A DNA stretch of 64,000 bases from Spirochaetia bacterium. GTDB taxonomy: Bacteria; Spirochaetota; Spirochaetia; SZUA-6; Bin103. Each line of letters begins with the position of its first letter. Within the stretch, counting starts at the first letter, position 1. The stretch lies in contig CBDBDQ010000005.1 in the NCBI GenBank assembly GCA_965203905.1, positions 1,984,001 to 2,048,000 on the forward strand, read 5' to 3'. The position numbers were made by a program, and so were the translations under genes. The notes beneath the pieces were generated by a model that saw nothing but the letters and a program-made list of their open reading frames with translations, did no database searches and was not told the origin of the DNA. Below are positions 10,123 through 18,142 of this stretch, piece by piece.

Positions 10123-11183
10123 ACAGGCCGATCGAGGTCATCGCCGAGGTTACCGTAGCCGCCGGCCCCAGTGCGGCGCACCGGGCGTGGCCGTCGCTGG
10201 AGCGCACGGCCGAAGGCCACCTGGTGGTTGCCTACAAGGCCGGCCCCGACCACCACCAGACCGACGACGGGGTGCTGTGGGTGGCTCGCTCGGAGGACGG
10301 CGGGCTGACGTGGCCGTTCCGGCGGCCGGTGGTCGCGGATCCGGGATGGGACGTGTTCACCCATCACGGCCTGACGCGCCTGCGCGACGGCAGCCTGCTG
10401 CTACACCGCGTGCGCGGCCGGCACCTGGGCGCGGACGAAGCCGGCGCCGCGGGTGCGGGTGCTTTCTTCGCGCGCGGCGCCTTCCTCCGTTCGCAGGACG
10501 GCGGCCGCACCTGGCTGCCGCACGGTGCGGACCTCCAGATGCCGTTCGTCAGCGCCACCGGCCGGGGCTTCTGCTACGGGAAGGTACAGGAGCTGACCGG
10601 CGGCCGGCTCATCGTACCGTTCTACGGCATGCCTGCCGAGAGCACCGACGAGCGGCAACGGGTGCTGGCCATCGTCCGCTCGGACGACGGGGGCCGCTCC
10701 TGGCGTGAGCACGCGTTCATATCGGCGAATCCGTCGTCGCCCCTGCGGCCGAGCGAGACCGACCTGCTGCGGCTGGGGGACGGCCGGCTGCTGGCCGTGG
10801 CGCGCGCCAACGGCAGGCGGTGGCTGTACCGCTCCTGGTCCGCGGACGACGGTCTCACGTGGAGCGAACTGGAGCCCACCGCGATGCCGGGGCAGTCGCC
10901 GGCGCTGCTGGCGCTGGAGTCCGGCGCCATCCTGTGCGCCTACCGCGAACGAACCGAGGCCGGGTTCGGGCTGGGCTGTGCCGTGAGCGGCGACGACGGT
11001 GCGACCTGGCAGATCCTGGACAGCCTGTACGCTGCCGGCAGCGCCGACTGCGCCTACCCGTCGCTGGTGAAGCTCCCCGGCGGCAAGCTCTATTGCGCAT
11101 TCTACACCAGCCCGCAACAGACGGCGGACGGCCCGAACACCGAGATCCGCGGACTCGTCATCGCCGACCGCACGGCGGCGTAG
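10098..11183 (+). CDS. Sialidase-like / BNR (Asp-box) repeat beta-propeller protein; start uncertain
   Basis: Five Asp-boxes (SEDGGLTW, SQDGGRTW, SDDGGRSW, SADDGLTW, SGDDGATW), ETDLLRLGDGRLL, DCAYPSLV. Confidence 0.85.
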   Translation: MHGGRRFRDRPIEVIAEVTVAAGPSAAHRAWPSLERTAEGHLVVAYKAGPDHHQTDDGVLWVARSEDGGLTWPFRRPVVADPGWDVFTHHGLTRLRDGSLLLHRVRGRHLGADEAGAAGAGAFFARGAFLRSQDGGRTWLPHGADLQMPFVSATGRGFCYGKVQELTGGRLIVPFYGMPAESTDERQRVLAIVRSDDGGRSWREHAFISANPSSPLRPSETDLLRLGDGRLLAVARANGRRWLYRSWSADDGLTWSELEPTAMPGQSPALLALESGAILCAYRERTEAGFGLGCAVSGDDGATWQILDSLYAAGSADCAYPSLVKLPGGKLYCAFYTSPQQTADGPNTEIRGLVIADRTAA

Positions 11184-11186
11184 TCG
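11144..11186 (+). repeat. Direct repeat, left copy (3' end of sialidase-like gene)
   Basis: 40/43 identity to 13190-13232. Confidence 0.9.
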
Positions 11187-11256
11187 CGATGTGACTCCAC
11201 CTGGTCCGTTGATCCTGAGGGTCAAATCTTCAATACTGTCAAAGGACGGAGACACG

Positions 11257-12471
11257 ATGATTACTGAACTCTCAATCGAGGGCTTCAAGAGCTTTGGTTC
11301 GCCGGCGGAGACCATCGAGTTGGATCCGCTCAACTTCGTCGTTGGAGCCAACGCATCAGGCAAGAGCAACTTGCTCTACGCGTTGAGGTTTCTGCAAAAC
11401 GCCGTCACTCATGACGTCTCGTATGCTGTCAGTGAGATGGGCGGGAGTGCGGAGGTTCGAAACAAGCGCCTGCGTCAGCGTCATCAGGCACAACCAATTC
11501 GCCTGTCTCTGAAGATAGAAAAGGACTTCAAGTTCACCTTCAGCGAAAACTCGGAACAACAACAGAATCACGGCTATGTTGTGAGGTCCCTTGAGTACAG
11601 TTTAGTGCTCGACTTGAGGAGTGAGGAAACGACTCCGAGAATCGAGATTGAGTCGCTAAGCGCCCAGGTTGAACGCGACGGAGAGTTGACCAAAGAGGGT
11701 TTGAAAAGAAACGAAGACACGGTTGTGGTCACGAATCATAGAAACAAAGAAGGGTCACAGACAATCTCAGTGCCGGAACAGGAACCGACTCGACTTGCGT
11801 TGGTGGGTGTTGGCTTTTTCTCCTTTCCGGCGACAATTCTTAGAGAGGAAATAAGAGGATGGAGGTTCCACCATTTCGTCCCGAGCGTCGCTCGACAACC
11901 ATACCGGGACGAGCCCGACGCCAGTCTCGGCCCGGCAGGCGAGAAGCTCGCGACTATTCTGCACAGGATGAGCGCGGATGAGCGAGCTTCGATTGCCCAC
12001 GGACTGAGAGCAGTAGTGCCTGGGCTCAAGGACGTCAAGACGACAAAGCTGCCGATCGAAGACACGCTGGCGTTTCAGATAGTCGAAGACAAACTGAAGG
12101 CTGCTATCAATCCTGCCTCGGTCTCCGACGGTACGGTCAGGTTGCTTTCCTTGATGGTTGTCACAACTTGGAGCGTGAGAAATTCATCTCTGATCACGAT
12201 TGAGGAGCCGGAAAATGGAGTGCATCCTCACTTGGCAGAGTATCTCGTGGACATCCTAAAATCCGCATCTGAGCATAGTCAGGTTGTCGTTACCACACAC
12301 GCCCCGGATTTGCTTGATCACCTAGAGCCGAATGAGGTGATTCTGTGCGACAAAGAGGACGGATTCACCAAGCTCAGAAAGGCATCAAGCGTCTCAGAAA
12401 TCGAGCAGTTCCGTAAGCACTTTAGCCTCGGTGAGTTGTGGTCACAAGGGGCAGTCGGAGCCGTGCCGTGA
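11257..12471 (+). CDS. ABC-class AAA ATPase (AAA_21/OLD-like), putative defence ATPase
   Basis: ITELSIEGFKSF, Walker A GANASGKS, VSDGT signature, Walker B IEEPENGVHP, TTHAP, C-terminal SLGELW; more A/T-rich than flanks. Confidence 0.9.
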   Translation: MITELSIEGFKSFGSPAETIELDPLNFVVGANASGKSNLLYALRFLQNAVTHDVSYAVSEMGGSAEVRNKRLRQRHQAQPIRLSLKIEKDFKFTFSENSEQQQNHGYVVRSLEYSLVLDLRSEETTPRIEIESLSAQVERDGELTKEGLKRNEDTVVVTNHRNKEGSQTISVPEQEPTRLALVGVGFFSFPATILREEIRGWRFHHFVPSVARQPYRDEPDASLGPAGEKLATILHRMSADERASIAHGLRAVVPGLKDVKTTKLPIEDTLAFQIVEDKLKAAINPASVSDGTVRLLSLMVVTTWSVRNSSLITIEEPENGVHPHLAEYLVDILKSASEHSQVVVTTHAPDLLDHLEPNEVILCDKEDGFTKLRKASSVSEIEQFRKHFSLGELWSQGAVGAVP

Positions 12472-13055
12472 CCATCGGTGTGGGAGTAGAGGGAGCCTCC
12501 GAGCGCACATTCTGGACGAAGGTATTGCCCAAGAACTTTACCGGTGTGCGCTTCGATGTTCGCAACCTGAAGAGCAAGGAGAGTCTCATACGTGCGACGC
12601 CTCGGTTGCTGGACGCTTTTCGTAGCCTGCACTATACAGCAGGTTTCATCTTGCTGGACCGCCATCGAGATCCTTGCACCACGGCAGTGCTTCGCCACTT
12701 TGACGACTTGATTCAAGTGGAGGCTCGAAAGCCGGAGGATGCACGCTACTTGTTCATTTGCGTGGCGGTCAAGGGGCTCGAGGCGTGGTACCTCGCAGAC
12801 CCTTCGGCTATCAATACGTTGCTACCGAGAGCCGGCTACGTAGCGCCGAACGAGACTGCGATGTTGAACCCTAAGGAAAAACTGAAGGCGCTATGGAAGA
12901 AGCAATTCGGAAAGAACTCTGCGCCCAACAAAATCGGCTTTGCACAGATGATGGCGCCGCGGTTTGATCCGGAGGAGGGCACAAAGCGATCGGCGTCATT
13001 CGATTACTTCTGGAGTCGTATGGCCGCCGCTTCAAAAGCCTCAAGCGGGCCATAG
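12468..13055 (+). CDS. DUF4276-like (TOPRIM-like) partner of the ATPase
   Basis: GTGA overlap with ATPase stop; VEGASE, LLD, LEAWYLAD, NPKE.L and RSASF motifs. Confidence 0.8.
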   Translation: MTIGVGVEGASERTFWTKVLPKNFTGVRFDVRNLKSKESLIRATPRLLDAFRSLHYTAGFILLDRHRDPCTTAVLRHFDDLIQVEARKPEDARYLFICVAVKGLEAWYLADPSAINTLLPRAGYVAPNETAMLNPKEKLKALWKKQFGKNSAPNKIGFAQMMAPRFDPEEGTKRSASFDYFWSRMAAASKASSGP

Positions 13056-13059
13056 TTGC

Positions 13060-13232
13060 GCGCACAGCCAGGCGCCGGTCGGCTACGGCGCCGAGCACAA
13101 TTCGCTCCTCTGCCTCCGTCCAGGTGCCGCGGGACTCGCTCAGGGCTGTGCCGACGGTTGGTCGCTGCCCGTCGACACCGCGCAGGCCGGATCCGCGGGC
13201 TCGTCATGGCCGACCGCACGGCGACGTAGTCG
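13060..13232 (+). pseudogene. Decayed duplicate of the 3' end of the sialidase-like gene
   Basis: Last 43 bp 40/43 identical to 11144-11186; upstream part translates SQAP...SLLC...GLAQGCADGW versus GQSP...AILC...GFGLGCAVSGDDGATW. Confidence 0.7.
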
Positions 13233-13238
13233 GGTTCT

Positions 13239-14252
13239 TCAACTCGCCTGCGGGCAGGGATCTGCATCTACGGGGTAGGTGCGATAGCTTACGCTCGACC
13301 GGAAGTTGCTCAGGAGGTCGGCGGCAAGTTCCGTTGCCCGGTTACGGAGTCTCACGGCAGCAGTGCGCAGGGTGTGCGCCGCCGATGCTCTGCCGTCCAC
13401 CCTTCCGAAGGAGGAGGTGCCGACCGCGCCGTGGGTCAGGACAGCGTCCGTTTCCGCGGCGCCGGCCAGGGTGATGGCCCCGCCGTTGAGGGACAGGGCG
13501 TTGGCGGGGATGTCGTACCCGTCGCCGTCCCGGTCTTCCGGTCGCACGGTGTAGCAGAAGCCGATGGACCTCTCCGGGTCGGTTTCCCAGGGTGCGGCGG
13601 GAAGGAAGCTCGCCCGCCGCGTCTCGGTGCCGATGATCAGCACCAGTTGCGGTACACCGGTCACCCTCACGGCTCGGTCGAACGCCAATGTGACCACGAT
13701 GCGGTCGTCGCGACGGTAGGTTCGGCCACGCGAGGGGTGGTGGTGGATGATGTCGTAGATCCGGGGAGCGGTAACGCGGCTGCCGTCCACCTTACGCCCG
13801 GCGTCGGCAGGCACCGGGGCGCTGGCGATCTCCGTGAAGGTGGTTCCGGCGCGGTCCTTGACGGTCCCCTCGTTGAGCGACAGCGCGTTGGCGGGGACGC
13901 TGATCCCGTCGCCGTCACGGTCCTCCGCGCCGACCGTGTAGGCGAACCGCAGGTCGCGACCGTCGAAGGAGATGGAGTGGGCCTGCGCGAGCCGGATGTG
14001 ATCCCCGACGCTGAGCGCCAATTCCGCCCGGCCCTCGTACCACTCGATGGCTCGATCGAACCGCACGGTCACCTCGATCTTCTCGCTGAGTTCGTACGTG
14101 TCCCCTTGCGCCGGGCTGTCGGCGAAGGAGACAGCCTCGACCGTCGGCGCATCAGCAGTGGATTGGGCCTCCGCGCAGCCTGCCCCCAGTCCGGTCACGC
14201 CGATGAACACCGACAGCAATGCGTACCAGGGCCGGCCGCGACTTCGCTCCAT
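13239..14252 (-). CDS. Secreted lipoprotein with two tandem Ig-like/Ca-binding repeats
   Basis: Hydrophobic signal ending GLGAGC; repeated unit TY....I.VT..FDRA..G...L.L.(V/I)G...R.A...F.YTV..EDRDGDG..(V/I)PANALSLN.G. Confidence 0.75.
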   Translation of the reverse strand: MERSRGRPWYALLSVFIGVTGLGAGCAEAQSTADAPTVEAVSFADSPAQGDTYELSEKIEVTVRFDRAIEWYEGRAELALSVGDHIRLAQAHSISFDGRDLRFAYTVGAEDRDGDGISVPANALSLNEGTVKDRAGTTFTEIASAPVPADAGRKVDGSRVTAPRIYDIIHHHPSRGRTYRRDDRIVVTLAFDRAVRVTGVPQLVLIIGTETRRASFLPAAPWETDPERSIGFCYTVRPEDRDGDGYDIPANALSLNGGAITLAGAAETDAVLTHGAVGTSSFGRVDGRASAAHTLRTAAVRLRNRATELAADLLSNFRSSVSYRTYPVDADPCPQAS

Positions 14253-14392
14253 GGCGGACAGATTACCGCCCCCGGTTCACAAGTCAAACCTGCATGATCG
14301 GCGCGCCACTCCCCCCGACGACATGAAACGCGGACGACGTGTCGGCGCGGAGTCTCAAGCGTTTCGGAGGCGTGTCGTGGCATCCTCAAGGG

Positions 14393-14587
14393 GGCGGAAG
14401 CGAGCACCGTCGTCGTAGCTCTTTTCGGTGGCGGGAGACGACTCCCTTCCCCGTTGTCAAACTGGCGCTGCGCGCTGGGCATCGAGCCCCGAACCGTACC
14501 CGGCCTGTGGCCGTGGACGAGCAGCAAATCGAACCCCGCTTGGAAGGCGGGTGTTTCCTGCACCCGGCGCGCTCGCCCGCTTCCGCC
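14393..14587 (+). ncRNA. Candidate IS110 bridge/guide-like structured RNA
   Basis: Closed by 10-bp stem GGCGGAAGCG/CGCTTCCGCC; internal hairpins (CACCG/CGGTG, GGGAG/CTCCC, CGGCC/GGCCG, CCCGC/GCGGG); lies just upstream of the transposase RBS. Confidence 0.55.
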
Positions 14588-14605
14588 GTCAAGGAGGGTA
14601 AGCTG

Positions 14606-15892
14606 ATGAGTTACACCACTGTCGACAGCGACAGCGACACCTTGTGCACCGATGACATGCACGTGGTGTGTGCCCGCGCTGCCGGCCTCGACGTGCACAA
14701 GATGCACGTCACCGCCACGGTGCGGCTGTGCGAGGCCGGTAGCGGACCGGCGCGCACGGCCACCCGGAGTTCAGCGCGCTGCCGGAGGGCCTGCGCGCGA
14801 TGACCGAGTGGCTGCGCGGACACGGCGTCGCCGCAGCGTCCATGGAAGGCACCGGGGTCTACTGGAAGGCGCCGTTGGAGGCGCTCGAAGACGCGGGCAT
14901 CCAGGCCGATCTGCACCATGCCCAGCAGGTCAAGCAGATCCGCGGGAAGAAGACGGATGTCAACGACAGCCTGTGGCTGGCGCGCATCTGCCAGTTTGGT
15001 CTGGCGTTGCCGAGCTACGTTCCGCCGCGTCTGTTCCGGCAGCTGCGGCAGTTGACCCGTTACCGCCGTAAACTGGTCGACGAGCGCTCACGGGCGCGCA
15101 ACCGGGTCCACAAGACCCTCGACCACGACGGCTTGCGGCTCGGCGGCGTGTTGTGCGACATCTTCGGCGTCAACGGGCGGCGCATCCTCGACGGGTTGGT
15201 TGCTGGGCACTCGCCGCGTTACATCCTGGCCAATCTGACGCACCACGTGGCCGCCAAGCTGGCGCCGTTGACCCAGGCACTGGCGGCCACGCTCGAGCCG
15301 CTCGCACTGTTTCTGCTGCAGACCCAGATGGAGGCCGTCGACCGCGCCGACAGTGCCCTGGTGGCGCTGGACGAGCGCATCCGCACCGTACTGGCCGATT
15401 ACCAGCGCGCCCTGCGGCTGCTGCAAACGATTCCAGGTATCGATTACGGCAGTGCCTGCACCATCCTGGCCGAGATCGGGCCGGACCTGGGGGCGTTCCG
15501 CAAAGCGTGTTCTATCGGCCCCTGGGCCGGCGTGGCCCCGGGCAACAACAGCAGCGCCGGCAAACGTCGCTCCGGGCGCGCGCGGAAAAGGCAATCCGAC
15601 GCTGCGCGCCACGCTGGCCGAGTGCGCCCATGGGGCGGTGCGGACCAAGAGTTCGCAGTTCTACGGCCATCACCGGATGTTGGCCGGGCGCGTCGGCTAC
15701 AAAAGGGCCATCCTCGCCAGTGCCCACAAGCTGTTGCGAGTAATCCACGCCGTGCTGCGCGACGATCGACCGTACATCGATCCGGACATCGACTACGAAA
15801 AGCTGGTCGTCGAGCGCAACGCGCCGCGCTGGATGCGCATGCTCGCACGGCACGGCTTCCTCGCCGAAGCGCAAGCAGCAGCGCGCGGCTAA
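14606..15892 (+). pseudogene. IS110-family DEDD transposase/recombinase with two frameshifts
   Basis: GLDVHK, MEGTGVYWK, KKTDVNDS, TIPGI, PGNNSSAGK, GN..LR..L.ECA; frameshifts near 14766 (missing G) and 15588 (extra A); SD AAGGAGG upstream. Confidence 0.92.
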
Positions 15893-16259
15893 AACGCACG
15901 GTTCCGTATCACGCGGCGCCGTGACGGGCCATAGCACGGGGCTGCCCGCACCGCCAAGCCGATCTGGAACCGCACCTGCCCATGCCCAAGGGCCGCCAAC
16001 CCGCGGTCACGCTCCCCGTGCGCCCAAAGCACCGGCGCGTTTCACAGCAAGAGCTCGGAGGGTAGCTCGACATGGGCTTGCCGACCGTCGAGGTAGAGGA
16101 CACCCAACTGCTGGGAATACGCGGGTGATGCCAGTAGCAAGAGAAGGGTCAGTCTAGTGATCACGATTACTTCTCCGCAAGGAAATGAGCACCAATACAA
16201 AGTAGAAAGTGATCAATACAAGATGTAAAACAGGCCATATCCGGGTCAGCAGGAAGTCG

Positions 16260-17675
16260 CTATCCCACCTTCTCTGCAACTTCCCCACTGACGTCCCCAC
16301 GGACAACGGGATACGGACCCGGTGTTAATGACGATCCGTCCGACCAGTTCTCCGCCCTGCCTTCCAGGTGTCGCGCCATCCGCGATCTGAGTTCGGCCAA
16401 GGTTTCAGCGTGCGCGTCCGCTCCGGAAAGCTCGGCCGTTTCCTGCGGATCCGACTCCAGGTCGAACAGCTGCTCGGCTCCGGTAACGGGGTTCCAGATG
16501 TACTTCCACCGGGAACTGGTCAGTGACTGGTAGCAGTTCTGCGGATGGTAACAGGGCGCGTGTTCGTGATGGTAGTACTCACGCCACTCCGCGGACTCGC
16601 CCACGACCAGTGGCAGCGTGCTCCTTCCTTCGACCGCACGCGGCGTCTCCAGTCCAGCCAGGTCCAGAAACGTCGGCATGATGTCCTCCCAGCCAACGAC
16701 GGCATCGAGTTCGAGGTTGCGCTCCCCACCGTGACCATGTGGCAGCCGGAGGATCATCGGTACGCGGGCGCTCGCCTCGTACGCGTAGGTCTTTCGCCAG
16801 AGGTTGTGGTCCCCCAGCATTTCACCGTGGTCGGAGGTAAAGCAGACGGCGGTGTCACTCATCTGTCCCGACCCCCCCAGGTATTCCGTCAGCCGACCGA
16901 TCTGTACGTCGAGGTAGGCGAGGTAGGCGAAGTACCCGGCGCGTGCGCGCTGGTTGAGGTGATCCGAAATCTTGCCCCGCCAGGCGTTCACATCCAGCGG
17001 ATATCGAGCTTCCTCCGCATGTACTGCGGCCCAGTCGCCGACAACGGGAGGCGGCATCCCACGGTCGATGAACATGTCGAAGAAGTCGCGTGGTGGACAC
17101 CACGGTGGATGCGGACCGTTGAAGGAGAGGCAGAGGAAAAAAGGCCGCGTGGGATCGCGCTTGTCGAGTCGGTCGATGGCCTGGCTGACGAGCCAGGTTT
17201 CTTCCATCTGTGTTTCCGGAAGGTGGTTCGGACGGGACATCCACGAGTTCGGGTGAACGCCATGAGCGTACTTCGCACGAGGGTGTCGGGTCTGACCCTC
17301 GATCCACTCCTCGTAGTCCTGAGGCGTGATGAGCTGCTCGAAACCGAGATGGGCGCGGCGCGGGTGGAAATGGGTCTTCCCGACATTGATGGTCTGGTAG
17401 CCGCCGCGGGAGAGCTCTCCGGCCAGGGTCTGCTCGTACGGCCAGGGAAGGTTGTCCCGGTACCCGAGAAACCCGGTCCCGTTCGGTGTGAGACCGGTCA
17501 TCAGACAGCGACGGGCCGGCACGCACGACGGAGACGGTGTGTACCCGTTGACGAAGGTAACGCCCTCGGCCGAGATGCTGTCGAGGTGAGGTGTTTCGGC
17601 AACGGGATGACCCAGGCGGCCGAGGCAGTCGCCGCGCCAGTGGTCGGTCAGGATGAGGATAATGTTAGGAGGCAT
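16260..17675 (-). CDS. Sulfatase (Cys-type, arylsulfatase/choline-sulfatase-like)
   Basis: PNIILILTDHWR.D, CVPAR (CxPxR), GKTHF, TSDHGEMLGDH. Confidence 0.93.
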   Translation of the reverse strand: MPPNIILILTDHWRGDCLGRLGHPVAETPHLDSISAEGVTFVNGYTPSPSCVPARRCLMTGLTPNGTGFLGYRDNLPWPYEQTLAGELSRGGYQTINVGKTHFHPRRAHLGFEQLITPQDYEEWIEGQTRHPRAKYAHGVHPNSWMSRPNHLPETQMEETWLVSQAIDRLDKRDPTRPFFLCLSFNGPHPPWCPPRDFFDMFIDRGMPPPVVGDWAAVHAEEARYPLDVNAWRGKISDHLNQRARAGYFAYLAYLDVQIGRLTEYLGGSGQMSDTAVCFTSDHGEMLGDHNLWRKTYAYEASARVPMILRLPHGHGGERNLELDAVVGWEDIMPTFLDLAGLETPRAVEGRSTLPLVVGESAEWREYYHHEHAPCYHPQNCYQSLTSSRWKYIWNPVTGAEQLFDLESDPQETAELSGADAHAETLAELRSRMARHLEGRAENWSDGSSLTPGPYPVVRGDVSGEVAEKVG

Positions 17676-18017
17676 GGAGGGCCCAATAGTCAACAGGCAG
17701 CGAGCAATACATAATTAGGAACTACGTGAGGGCTTCAGGGTGAGAACGACGGGTGATCCCACCGGAACAGGCTCGGCAACAATGGCAACGCGTTTGTCGG
17801 ATGTGTAGATGCCGTCCTGGCGATGGGAATTGTACGGCAGATACGACAGGATTGCCCGTGCTTTCTGCGAGAGCCCACTGACCGAACCGCGCCCCGCCAG
17901 GGCCAGCGAACCACCCAGGGATACACCATCGAGATCGCCAACAGCCTCTGGTCGAATGCTGCGTCCAGAGCCAGTTTCGCCCCTGGTGATGAGTTTCATC
18001 GGCATCGGCAGCTGAAA

Positions 18018-18101
18018 CCATACGCACATACTCGGACTATTTCAAGGAGACGTGCACCTCTTCGACCCTCTGGAGTTCCTTGCCGAGCTCACCCAGAATC
18101 C
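18018..18101 (+). pseudogene. Possible IS91-family (Y2) transposase fragment
   Basis: Translates ...YSDYFKE / VHLFDPLEFLAELTQ.P, resembling the 'PLEFLA.L..HIP' segment of IS91-like transposases (recalled motif). Confidence 0.45.
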
Positions 18102-18142
18102 CGTGCAGAATCTCTCCTCTCCAGCTTGACCCCGGAGGAGAG

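Larger units (their letters stand above)
14316..16057 (+). mobile_element. IS110-family insertion sequence (ends inferred)
   Basis: Transposase pseudogene; sub-terminal inverted repeat TGAAACGCG (14324-14332) / CGCGTTTCA (16036-16044); ~290-bp left non-coding end. Confidence 0.8.

Noticed and set aside
14760-15592. Programmed frameshifting in the IS110 transposase
   Set aside because: Two opposite single-base indels in short homopolymers with no canonical slippery heptamer; decay or sequencing error is more likely
16072-16228. A/T-rich stretch with short broken ORFs right of IS110
   Set aside because: Too short and interrupted to assign; possibly a remnant of a disrupted gene
17715-18029. 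104-aa minus-strand ORF between sulfatase and dehydrogenase
   Set aside because: No recognisable motif and a weak start; may be a gene remnant beside the IS fragment, so it is not called
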